Shown piece by piece: positions 17,440 to 25,998 of a stretch of DNA of 64,000 bases (positions are counted from its first letter, which is position 1; the number at the start of each line of letters is the position of its first letter). The position numbers and the translations under genes were made by a program. Origin of the DNA: an uncultured Planctomycetaceae bacterium (GTDB lineage Bacteria > Planctomycetota > Planctomycetia > Pirellulales > UBA1268). The stretch is taken from assembly GCA_903917235.1 (NCBI GenBank), contig CAIWZS010000413.1, positions 342-64,341 of the forward strand, written 5' to 3'. Below the pieces are notes generated by a model that worked only from the letters and a program-made list of their open reading frames with translations, had not been told where the DNA came from and ran no database searches.

Positions 17440-18615
17440 CTACAGCTTGGCGGTCGAGCCTGCCGACGCGACCTGCGTGGTCGGATCGAGCGCGAGGTCG
17501 ACCGTGTCGCCGGCCTTCAAGTCGATCACCTTCGACACGGTCTGCTCCGTGCCGTCGACGACTGCCACGACGCGGATCTCGTAGTTCTTCCACGTCTGGC
17601 CGGCGCGGAGGCTCGAGGTCTCGAACTGCCGCACCGCACCGCTGGAGGCGGTCGCGTTGCCGGCGAGAAAGACCTTCGCATCCGCCGGCACCCGCAGCGT
17701 GAGGCTCGTGGTCGCCGTGGGCACGACGGCCGGCTTCACCGAGAAGGCGAGGCTCGACTGCTCACCGGCGGTGAGCCGCACGACCTTCGTCTCCTCGGCC
17801 GTGGTGCCGTCCCGATCGACGGCCATCTTGACCACGAACTCGTACCGCCGCCCCGTCTCCAGGCCACGCGACAGGAACCGACGCACTTCGCCGCTGGACG
17901 AGGTGCGATCGCCGTTCACGAACACCTTCGCCTCGGCGGGCACCGACACGATCAGGAGGGCGCCGTCCGCCGGCACCGCATCGTTTCGCGTGGCATCCGT
18001 CGGCGGGGCCGACGGGGTGCCGATGATCTCTCCACCCGGCATGGACGGGGTCTCGTTGATCACGCGATACGACTCGATCGGCATGCCCGACGAGTACTCG
18101 ACGGCCGGCGCGGCGTACCCGCCGTAGCTGCCGCCCGAGCTTCCACCCGAACTGCCACCCGACGAGCCACCGTACGACGAGCCGCCGTAGGAGCCATACG
18201 AGCCGTACGATCCGCCTGACGAGCCGCCTGACGAACCACCGGATGAGCCACCGGACGAACCGTGCCGCGCCGCGCGGAGGGCGCGACGATGGGCGTGGTG
18301 CGAACCCCAGCTCCCGTGAGAACCCGACGAGCCGTACGAGCCACCCGACGAGGCGCCCCCGTACGAACTGTAGGAACTCGACGACGAGCCACCCGAGGAG
18401 CCACCCGAGGAGCCACCGGGCGAACCACCGGACGAGCCCCCGGACGAGCCACCGGACGAACCACCCGATGACCCGCCTGACGAACCGCCCGACGAACCGC
18501 CTGCAGAGCCGTTATTGCGATGACGCCAGCCGGCCTCCACGTCGCTGCTCGCCGCGGCAACGGCGACGAACGTGAGGGCCCCGGCGATCCTGAACCAGCG
18601 ACGAGACACCAGCAT
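17440..18615 (-). CDS. TIGR03000-type planctomycete repeat protein with a Gly/Ser low-complexity N-terminal half
   Basis: Track ORF of 391 aa with a signal peptide (MLVSRRWFRIAGALTFVAVAAA). Two C-terminal modules read ..VPAEAKVFVNGDRTSSSGEVRRFLSRGLETGRRYEF.. and ..VPADAKVFLAGNATASSGAVRQFETSSLRAGQTWKNYEI.. Confidence 0.75.
   Translation of the reverse strand: MLVSRRWFRIAGALTFVAVAAASSDVEAGWRHRNNGSAGGSSGGSSGGSSGGSSGGSSGGSSGGSPGGSSGGSSGGSSSSSYSSYGGASSGGSYGSSGSHGSWGSHHAHRRALRAARHGSSGGSSGGSSGGSSGGSYGSYGSYGGSSYGGSSGGSSGGSSGGSYGGYAAPAVEYSSGMPIESYRVINETPSMPGGEIIGTPSAPPTDATRNDAVPADGALLIVSVPAEAKVFVNGDRTSSSGEVRRFLSRGLETGRRYEFVVKMAVDRDGTTAEETKVVRLTAGEQSSLAFSVKPAVVPTATTSLTLRVPADAKVFLAGNATASSGAVRQFETSSLRAGQTWKNYEIRVVAVVDGTEQTVSKVIDLKAGDTVDLALDPTTQVASAGSTAKL
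18120..18515. repeat. imperfect 12-bp (GGSS-coding) low-complexity repeat blocks (approximate bounds)
   Basis: The protein has runs GGSSGGSSGGSS..(x10) and again SSGGSSGGSSGGSSGGSYGSYGSYGG. The DNA shows reiterated ccaccsga / gagcc units. Confidence 0.8.
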
Positions 18616-18776
18616 GGTGGATCAACTCCCGAGAAAATGAGCCGAGGATGACGGAACTGATCCCGGGCCGAGTCCCGAGGATCCTGCGTCCGAGTGATGC
18701 CAACGATAGTTTGCTGATCAGCCAAATCAAGAAGATTGGAGAAAAAAACCGGCCTGGGCTGTTTGGGGCGATTGCA

Positions 18777-19556
18777 TCAGTTTTGCGGCCTCTCGCGCCG
18801 GACCAATTCAATCTCGAAAACCAGCACCTCGTTCGGCTCGATCGCCGGCGGCGACCCTTCCTCGCCATACGCCAGATTCGGGGGAAGGTGGATCCTCCAC
18901 TTCGCCCCGACGCCCATCAGACCGAGCGCCTCCTGCCAGCCGGGCACGACGCCCCGCAGGGGAAACGCGGCCGGCTCGCCCCCGGGCTCGGTCCCATCGA
19001 ATTGACGGCCGTCGATGTGCGTGCCGCGGTAGTGGGCGACGACGACGTCGTCCGGGCCGGGCGGCTGGCCCGATCCTGCACGCAGCACCTCGTACTGCAG
19101 ACCGCTCGGCAGCGAGACGACGCCGGGCTTTCGCGCGTTGGCGGCCAGATACTCGCGCCCCTTCGCGAGGTTGATCTTCGCCGCCTCCGCCATCCGTTTG
19201 AAAAACGCCTCCTGCCGTTTCTGCATCGCCTCGTCGAAGGCCGTGATCGCCCGCCGCAGACGGGCGTCGTCGAGCCGTGGCGCCGCCTCCTGCACCGCGT
19301 CGGCGAGCCCTCGCGCGAGGGCCGCGTTGTCGATCGGAACGTCGAGCGTGGCATGGTCGGCACGGATGCGGGCGCCGATCCGATACCCGAGCGCGTAGCC
19401 GAGATCCTCGGGGTCGATCGCGGGTGCCGGAGCCGCCAGCTGCTCCACGGGACGCTGTGGACCGGGCTGCGCGAGCGCTCCTCCCGCCATGAGGCAGCAG
19501 GCGGCAGTCTGGATTCCGCACCACGACATTGGGAACACGACCGGACGCTGCATCAT
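18777..19556 (-). CDS. FKBP-type peptidyl-prolyl cis-trans isomerase (FkpA-like, with N-terminal dimerisation helix)
   Basis: Track ORF of 259 aa. Motifs: GLQYEVLRAGSG, VVAHYRGTHIDGRQFD, VVPGWQEALGLMGVGAKWRIHLPPNLAYG. Confidence 0.85.
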   Translation of the reverse strand: MMQRPVVFPMSWCGIQTAACCLMAGGALAQPGPQRPVEQLAAPAPAIDPEDLGYALGYRIGARIRADHATLDVPIDNAALARGLADAVQEAAPRLDDARLRRAITAFDEAMQKRQEAFFKRMAEAAKINLAKGREYLAANARKPGVVSLPSGLQYEVLRAGSGQPPGPDDVVVAHYRGTHIDGRQFDGTEPGGEPAAFPLRGVVPGWQEALGLMGVGAKWRIHLPPNLAYGEEGSPPAIEPNEVLVFEIELVRRERPQN

Positions 19557-19663
19557 GACGTCTCCTGCGGAGGCCCTCGGTCCCGAACCCGCCCGCCGCA
19601 GCCTACGCGATCCGGAGCGCCGTCGCCCATCGGCCGCGACGGCGAGCGATCGCCGACTCCCCG

Positions 19664-20608
19664 TCAGGCACCGTCCGGCGGTGGCGCGAGCGAGCCGCGT
19701 GTCAGCTCGAGGAAAGCCGTTTCGAGATTGGTCTCCTGCTCACGGAGGCCGAGCAGCCCGTGACCTGCCGCGACGAGGCGGGCGGCCAGGGGCGCATGGT
19801 CGGTCACGCCATCGGCCAGCGCGACGACGACCTCCCCGTCCCGAACGGTCACGGCGGCCGCCTCGGGCGCCCGCTCGAGCTCCCGTGCCGCGGCCTCGGG
19901 TGACCCGGACACGCGAATGCGGAGCGTGGGCCTGCCGCGCACGCGCGCGAGCAGATCCTGCACGTCGCCGCAGGCGAGCAGTCGGCCGTACTCGATGATC
20001 CCCACGCGATTGCAGATGTCGGCGAGCTCGGGAAGGATGTGGCTCGACACGAGGATCGTCTTCCCCATTCCCTGGAGGCGTTTGAGGAGGTTGCGCATCT
20101 CGATGCGCGCCCGCGGATCGAGGCCGCTGGCCGGCTCGTCGAGCAGGAGCACCTGAGGGTCGTGCAGGAGGACCCGCGCGAGGCCGAGCCGCTGCGTCAT
20201 GCCGCGCGAGAGGCTCGTGACGAGTTCGTCACGCTTCGCGACGAGATCGACCAGCTCGAGGGACCGCTCCGCGACGCGCCGCCGCTCGGTGCCCCCGATC
20301 CGGTACGCCGCGGCGAAGAACTCCAGGTACTCGATCACCTTCATGTCGTCGTAGACGCCGAAGATGTCGGGCATGTAGCCGATCGCCCGACGGATGTCGC
20401 GCGGGTGCGTGTAGATCGAGTGACCGCAGACGTACGCCTCGCCCCAGGTCGGCGCGAGGAGGGTCGAGAGGATGCGGATCGTCGTGGTCTTGCCGGCGCC
20501 GTTCGGCCCGATGAACCCGAAGAGATCGCCCCGGTCGAGCCTGAGATCGAGCGCGTCGAGCGCGCAGAAGTCGCCGTATTTCTTGGTGAGGTCGATCGTC
20601 TCGATCAT
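19664..20608 (-). CDS. ABC transporter ATP-binding protein (ABC-2/GldA-like, with C-terminal DUF4162-like extension)
   Basis: ATG 20608 (MIETIDLTKKYGDF) within track ORF 19664-21583. Walker A GPNGAGKTT, signature LSRGMTQRL, Walker B LLLDEP. The start overlaps the upstream stop by 4 nt. Confidence 0.88.
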   Translation of the reverse strand: MIETIDLTKKYGDFCALDALDLRLDRGDLFGFIGPNGAGKTTTIRILSTLLAPTWGEAYVCGHSIYTHPRDIRRAIGYMPDIFGVYDDMKVIEYLEFFAAAYRIGGTERRRVAERSLELVDLVAKRDELVTSLSRGMTQRLGLARVLLHDPQVLLLDEPASGLDPRARIEMRNLLKRLQGMGKTILVSSHILPELADICNRVGIIEYGRLLACGDVQDLLARVRGRPTLRIRVSGSPEAAARELERAPEAAAVTVRDGEVVVALADGVTDHAPLAARLVAAGHGLLGLREQETNLETAFLELTRGSLAPPPDGA

Positions 20609-22833
20609 GGTGATCCTCCGACCGGTCCGAGCGGGACCACGAGCCGGCACATCCGTGCGATCGTCTCGACCGGCTCCGCGACGTCGGCGGACCCGCTCGG
20701 GGCGAGCCGCCACGGGATCGACCAGCCGGCCGGCATGTCGCCCGTCGCGCCGACGAGCACGGCTCGATCGACACTCAGAAGCCCCGTGCGATCGAGCCCC
20801 GTCAGCCGCCCTCCCGGCATGAGCGTGTAGGCGGCCCCGCCGGCCGCGGCGTGCAGGCCGGCCACCTCCAGGATGCGGAACACGTCCGGTTCGACACGAT
20901 TCCAGCGGTTCGACAGGTCGCGGTCGTCCACCGCACCGCGCCGCTGCAGGGCGCCGGCGAGCGACCGCGGGCCGCGCGACGTGCGCAGGTCGAACGTGAC
21001 GTCCGGCGGCAGGGTGCCAATGTCGTAAACCCAGCCACCGTGGGCGAGCCGGCAGTCCTCGATCGCGAACGGCAGGTGGTGCGTGAAGGAGCCCCGCAGG
21101 GTGCCCTGCGCGTCGCGCGACAGGTTCGACGTCACGAGGATCGGACCGTCCGCGGTGGACCGCTGCCATGCCGCCTCGAAGAGCCGATTCGACGCGGCCG
21201 CCATGGGCACTCCGTCGAGCGTCGCGAGTGTGCGACCGTAGCGGTAGGGAGCGGCGGCGAGCATCGGATGCGGCACGGCCGCGTCGATGCCCCCGAACCC
21301 GGTGCCGGCATCGGCGAACCACGACACGGTGGCCTCCTCGCCGGCCCCGTCGCCGACCGCGACGTCGTACGCCGTGTTCGCGTCGCTCCACACCGCCGCC
21401 CAGCCATGGCTTCGCACCCGCCGCCCTTCGACGTCGACGTCGATCACCTCCGCGGCCCGGGCGACCGTCGCGACGGCGGGCCGGCGGCGGTCGGCGACTC
21501 CCCAGGCCGCCGCGCTGAAGAGCACGACGAACGCGGGGAGCGTCAGCCACGCCAGCCACGGCCGCCCGCGCGACGCGATCCACCAGTCGAGCGGATAGAG
21601 CGTGAGCACGTAGAGCAGCCCGAGTCCCGTGATCACCTCGAAGGGAACGGTGGCGATGGGCGGCGCGCGGCGGCCTCCGGTCCGCTCGAGAGCCGTGCGC
21701 AGCTGGCCGGCCAGATCGACCGCGCCCGGCTCGCGAGCCGCACCCGACAGGTCGGTGTCATCCGCCCGACCGCCGAGGAGTCGCACGAGCAGGGAGTCGG
21801 TGCCCGTCCAGCCGCGCAGCGGATCGTCGTCGAGATCGAGTCCCACCCAGCAGACGGTCCCGAGGCCCCGCGCCGTCCGAACCACGAGCGGCATGTCGGT
21901 CGGACCGGTGCCCTCGAACACATCGACGGCGCCGGACAGCGACCGCCGATCGCGCAGGAGAGGCACCCGCAGCGCGGACGCCCCGGGCCGGGCCGCGAGC
22001 CCGCCGGCACGGGCGTACGCCTCGATCGCCGCGACCCGTCGCACCGGCACGAGCCGTTCGACCGGGCCGGGTAGCCAGGCGGCGGCAGGGCCGCCTGCAC
22101 CAGCCACATCCACGGCCGACGCACCGGCGCAGAGGACGAGCCGGCCGCCGTCGCGCACCCACGCGTCGATGCCCGTGAGGACCTCCGCGGGCACGTCCGT
22201 CAACGACCGCCCGCAGACGAGCATCACATCGGCGAGGTCATAGTCGCGCGGCGAGATGCCCGCCGCGATCGGCACCCGGCCGAGCGGCGCGACGACGGTG
22301 AGCGGCGGTGCATCCGGGGCGGTCATGAGCCGCGCGGCTCGACCCGCCGCTGGCAGGTCGCCGAGCACCACGAGGACGCGGTGCGTCGACGGGATGGGTT
22401 CGGCGAGGAGCATCTCGATGGCACCCTCGGGCGGGGCGACCGGGACGAGTCCGACGTCGCCTGCGGCCTGTGGCACGCGTTCGATGAAGACGCGCGCCGT
22501 CGGCCGACCGACCCGCACGCAGGTGTGGGCCTCGAGACCGCCGCCCGCGGCCTGCCGCAAAGACGCCGCCGGGGCGCGCACGAACTCCCCGTCTGGATCC
22601 TGCGCCCAGACGAACACCCGGTCGCCGGCCATCGCATCCGCGTCCGCGGGAGGCACCAGCCGCAGCGGGGTCCACGATCCTGCGCGGAACGCACCGGCCA
22701 GCCCGACGTCGATGGCCCAGCCCGACGCCGCGTTCGCCGGCGCCCCACCGCCCGCCACGACCGCGACCACGCCCAGCGCGAGGGCCGCGTGACGGATGCC
22801 CGTCGCGGTGCGGCACACGGGCACGCCGCTCAT
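20605..22833 (-). CDS. hypothetical large secreted/membrane protein (signal peptide, central 2-3 TM helices)
   Basis: ATG 22833 (MSGVPVCRTATGIRHAALALGVVAVVAGGGAPANA) within track ORF 20605-23208. TM stretch reads ITGLGLLYVLTLYPLDWWIA..LAWLTLPAFVVLFSAAAWGV. I recognise no domain with confidence. Confidence 0.55.
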   Translation of the reverse strand: MSGVPVCRTATGIRHAALALGVVAVVAGGGAPANAASGWAIDVGLAGAFRAGSWTPLRLVPPADADAMAGDRVFVWAQDPDGEFVRAPAASLRQAAGGGLEAHTCVRVGRPTARVFIERVPQAAGDVGLVPVAPPEGAIEMLLAEPIPSTHRVLVVLGDLPAAGRAARLMTAPDAPPLTVVAPLGRVPIAAGISPRDYDLADVMLVCGRSLTDVPAEVLTGIDAWVRDGGRLVLCAGASAVDVAGAGGPAAAWLPGPVERLVPVRRVAAIEAYARAGGLAARPGASALRVPLLRDRRSLSGAVDVFEGTGPTDMPLVVRTARGLGTVCWVGLDLDDDPLRGWTGTDSLLVRLLGGRADDTDLSGAAREPGAVDLAGQLRTALERTGGRRAPPIATVPFEVITGLGLLYVLTLYPLDWWIASRGRPWLAWLTLPAFVVLFSAAAWGVADRRRPAVATVARAAEVIDVDVEGRRVRSHGWAAVWSDANTAYDVAVGDGAGEEATVSWFADAGTGFGGIDAAVPHPMLAAAPYRYGRTLATLDGVPMAAASNRLFEAAWQRSTADGPILVTSNLSRDAQGTLRGSFTHHLPFAIEDCRLAHGGWVYDIGTLPPDVTFDLRTSRGPRSLAGALQRRGAVDDRDLSNRWNRVEPDVFRILEVAGLHAAAGGAAYTLMPGGRLTGLDRTGLLSVDRAVLVGATGDMPAGWSIPWRLAPSGSADVAEPVETIARMCRLVVPLGPVGGSP

Positions 22834-23129
22834 GGCTTCTCCGCGTCGGGGCACGCGCAGGCCAGCTGCCCGCATCCGGGGCACCCCGCGCCGTACTTGC
22901 GCGCGACCGCATCCTCGAGGTCGATGTCGGCGACGTTGGCGATCGTCGCGAGCCATGCAAGGACGTCGGCGAACTCGAGCGCCTGTTCGTCGGGTGTGCC
23001 GCCGCGGAGCGCGGAGGCCAGTTCCCCGACTTCCTCCACGAGCCACATGAACGTGCCCTCGACGCCGCGGGCGGCGTCCTTGTCGTGGTACATCTCGCGG
23101 ATCAGAGCCTGGAACTCGCGAAGCGTCAT
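22830..23129 (-). CDS. small MazG-family nucleotide pyrophosphohydrolase
   Basis: Track ORF of 99 aa. Motifs: FMWLVEEVGELASAL..EFADVLAWLATIANVADIDLEDAVARKY. The stop overlaps the next start by 4 nt. Confidence 0.75.
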   Translation of the reverse strand: MTLREFQALIREMYHDKDAARGVEGTFMWLVEEVGELASALRGGTPDEQALEFADVLAWLATIANVADIDLEDAVARKYGAGCPGCGQLACACPDAEKP

Positions 23130-23316
23130 GCCGCGGCCGCCGTGCCCGTGGAGAGACCGATCGAGGCGTACGGCGGCCCGTCGCTCCCCACGTCTCCGGA
23201 GTGTACAAAGCAGCCTGGCCTCCGGGCGAACGGGAGGCGGGCGATCATCCGCTCGCCCCCCTGCTCGCCCCCCTGACGGAGGCGCGCTCGCTCAGCCCGC
23301 ACCTGCGACCACCACC

Positions 23317-24867
23317 ATGCCCCACGCTCGCCCCATCCGCGTCTTCGACACCACGCTCCGCGACGGCGAGCAGTCTCCCGGAGCGAGCATGAACCTCACG
23401 GAGAAGCTCGAGATCGCGCAGGCGCTCGTCCAGCTCGGCGTGGACGTGATCGAGGCGGGCTTCCCGATCGCCTCACCCGGCGACTTCGAGAGCGTGCGCG
23501 CCATCGCGGGGGCGGTCTCCGGCCCCGTGGTCTGCGGACTGGCGCGCTGCAACGATGCCGACATCGATCGCGCGTGGGAGGCGCTCCGGCACGCCGGTCG
23601 GCCGCGGATCCACGTCTTTCTCGCGACGAGCGCCATCCACCGGGAGTTCAAGCTCCGCATGGGCGAGGACGAGGTCGTCGCGCGGGCCGTCGCCGGCGTG
23701 ACCCGCGCGCGGAAGCTCTGCGACGACGTCGAGTTCTCGCCGGAGGATGCGGCCCGCACGGAGCCCGACTTCCTCTGTCGCGTCGTCGAGGCGGTGATCG
23801 CCGCCGGCGCGACGACCGTGAATATCCCCGACACCGTCGGCTACGCCACGCCCGCCCAGATGCACCGCGTGATCACCACCCTGCGAAGCCGCGTCCCCTC
23901 CATCGACCGTGCGGTGATCAGCGTCCACTGCCACGACGACCTCGGGCTGGCCGTCGCCAACAGCCTCGCGGCGGTCGAGGCGGGCGCCGGCCAGGTCGAG
24001 TGCACGATCAACGGCATCGGCGAGCGTGCGGGCAACTGCTCGCTCGAGGAGGTGGTGATGGCGCTGCGGACGCGCTCTGACCACTACGGCTGCGAGACGG
24101 GCATCGTGACGCAGCGGCTCGTCCCGACGAGCCGGCTCGTCGCCAACGTGACCGGCATCCGCGTGCCGCGGAACAAGGCGATCGTCGGCCGCAACGCCTT
24201 CGCCCACGAGGCGGGCATCCACCAGGACGGCATGCTGAAGGAACGGAGCACGTACGAGATCATGCGGCCCGAGGACGTGGGTCTCGAACGCACCGACCTC
24301 GTGCTCGGCAAGCACAGCGGCCGTGCCGCCCTGGCCGATCGCGCCACGGCCCTCGGCTACCAGCTCTCCAGCGAGCAGCTGCAGACGGTCTTCGAGCAGT
24401 TCAAGCTGCTGGCGGACCGCAAGAAGGAGATCTACGACGGCGACATCGCGGCCCTCTGCGAGCAGCAGTTCGCGGCGCTCCCCGAGGAATACACGTACGA
24501 GGGCTACGAGATCGCCTGCACCTCCGGCAGCCCCCCCACCGTGACGCTGCGGGTGCGACACGACGGCGCGAGCAAATCGGTGGTCGTCACGGCCGGCGAC
24601 GGCCCGGTCGATGCGATCTTCCTCGCGATCGAGAAGCTGACGGGGATCACGACCATCTGCCGTGACTTTCGCGTGCAGGCGGTGACGGTGGGGAAGGACG
24701 CGCAGGGCGAGGTCACGGTCGAGCTCGAGCATGCCGGGCAGATGCAGCGGGGACGTGGCGTCTCGACCGACTCGCTCGAGGCGGCGGCACGCGCGTTCCT
24801 GGCGGCGATCAACCGCCTCGCCCTCGGCCCCCAGCCACGCCTTCACCCGCAGCGGACCCATTCGTAG
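23317..24867 (+). CDS. leuA: 2-isopropylmalate synthase
   Basis: ATG 23317 within track ORF 22381-24867. Motifs: IRVFDTTLRDGEQSPGASM, VHCHDDLGLAVANSLAAVEAGA, INGIGERAGNCSLEE, plus a C-terminal LeuA dimerisation/regulatory region. Confidence 0.93.
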   Translation: MPHARPIRVFDTTLRDGEQSPGASMNLTEKLEIAQALVQLGVDVIEAGFPIASPGDFESVRAIAGAVSGPVVCGLARCNDADIDRAWEALRHAGRPRIHVFLATSAIHREFKLRMGEDEVVARAVAGVTRARKLCDDVEFSPEDAARTEPDFLCRVVEAVIAAGATTVNIPDTVGYATPAQMHRVITTLRSRVPSIDRAVISVHCHDDLGLAVANSLAAVEAGAGQVECTINGIGERAGNCSLEEVVMALRTRSDHYGCETGIVTQRLVPTSRLVANVTGIRVPRNKAIVGRNAFAHEAGIHQDGMLKERSTYEIMRPEDVGLERTDLVLGKHSGRAALADRATALGYQLSSEQLQTVFEQFKLLADRKKEIYDGDIAALCEQQFAALPEEYTYEGYEIACTSGSPPTVTLRVRHDGASKSVVVTAGDGPVDAIFLAIEKLTGITTICRDFRVQAVTVGKDAQGEVTVELEHAGQMQRGRGVSTDSLEAAARAFLAAINRLALGPQPRLHPQRTHS

Positions 24868-25003
24868 CAGACTGTGGAATACGTCTGCCCGAGCAGGATG
24901 CGAGGCGTGCCGACGGCGGAAACCCTCGGCGTCTCCACCGGTCGGCCGAGTGGACCAAGGCCATGGAAGCCATGGAAGGCTTTGTCCGAGGACCGTGAGG
25001 CGG

Positions 25004-25351
25004 TCAAATCGCCTCGCCGCCACGTTCGCCCGTGCGGATTCGCACGCACTCGTCCATCGGCAGGACGAAGATCTTGCCGTCGCCGATCTCGCCGGTCTCG
25101 CCCGACCGGCCCCCCTTGAGGATCGCGGCGATCGTCGGCTCGACGAACTCGTCGTTGACGGCGATCTGGAGCTGGACCTTGCGCAGCAGATTCACGGCGA
25201 TCTCGTGCCCACGGTAGGTCTCGGCATGGCCGCGTTGCCTGCCGAAACCCTGCACGTCGAGGACCGTCAGCCGGAAGACATCCACCTCGGAGAGCGCCTG
25301 CTTCACGCTCTCGAGGCGGTTCGGCTGGATGATCGCGATGATGAACTTCAC
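25004..25351 (-). CDS. glnB: nitrogen regulatory protein P-II
   Basis: GTG 25351 (VKFIIAIIQPNRLESVKQAL) within track ORF 25004-25600. Motifs: T-loop GFGRQRGHAETYRG and GDGKIFVLPMDECVRIRTGE. GGAGG lies 8 nt upstream. Confidence 0.9.
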   Translation of the reverse strand: MKFIIAIIQPNRLESVKQALSEVDVFRLTVLDVQGFGRQRGHAETYRGHEIAVNLLRKVQLQIAVNDEFVEPTIAAILKGGRSGETGEIGDGKIFVLPMDECVRIRTGERGGEAI

Positions 25352-25676
25352 ACCGCGCCTCCAGCACCACGGAGAGATGATGGCCCGCACGGGACCGATC
25401 CCCCATACCGTAGCAGACTCCGCCGAGGCGACACCCCATCGGCCGCAGGCCCGCGCGACACGAGACTCCCACTGCCAACGTCCGCCACGATCCGCCCGAA
25501 GAATGCCCCGGCCTGGGCGAGCCAGGCGGAGTGCCCACCCAAGCCGTTGGGGCATCCTTCTGGACGGTCGTGGGTGCGGCGGTGGCGCACGGCTCAGCAC
25601 GCGTTGCGAGCGCGATCACCGCTCTGGGCTCGGCCGCACGATCACGCGCGGGTGACCGAGCGGTGGGATCTGGGGG

Positions 25677-25692
25677 AGCAAAAACCGTGCCG
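25677..25692 (-). promoter_or_regulatory. candidate sigma-54 (-24/-12) promoter upstream of glnB
   Basis: The minus strand reads CGGCACGGTTTTTGCT. It matches TGGCAC-N5-TTGC at every fixed position except the first T, with exact GG-N10-GC spacing. It sits about 325 nt upstream of the glnB start. Confidence 0.3.
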
Positions 25693-25998
25693 CTGCTCCG
25701 AAGGCGAGCCCCCTCCAACCACCTCAGTGCAGCTGATGCCGTCGGGTCGACGAGCGGGAACCGCAGCTTTCCGCCATGCCGGCGACGTTTTGAGAACCAC
25801 GGCCTTCTTCCGCGTCGCATCGTGGGGGAAGAGCACGAGGAGATGCCGCCCACTTTTCCGGCATGGCACTGCCGCACGACAGTGCAAGGGCCCCGCCGAT
25901 ACGGCCATGCGATGTGCCCGACCGGGAAGTGGAGTAGGCTCGCGACCGGCAGCGATCGGCAGCGCTCGACACGCCCGCCTCGACAGCGAGACACGACG

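Noticed and set aside
18616-18776. A T7 run on the minus strand just after the FKBP gene stop, considered as an intrinsic terminator.
   Set aside because: I could not find a convincing GC-rich inverted repeat immediately upstream of the T-run.
24868-25003. Repeated gccatggaag motif (ggccatggaagccatggaaggc) between convergent leuA and glnB, considered as a terminator.
   Set aside because: It is a short direct duplication containing CCATGG palindromes. The potential stem is weak (it has a mismatch) and there is no T-tract.
25531-25998. The 156-codon N-terminal extension of the photolyase-like ORF, which might have supplied a conventional N-terminal alpha/beta domain.
   Set aside because: The translation (MPTQAVGASFWTVVG..RRRAPSNHLSAADAVGSTSGNRSFPPCRRRFENHG..) has no photolyase alpha/beta-domain pattern and a non-protein-like composition. 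The ATG at 25999 begins right before the FAD-domain block.
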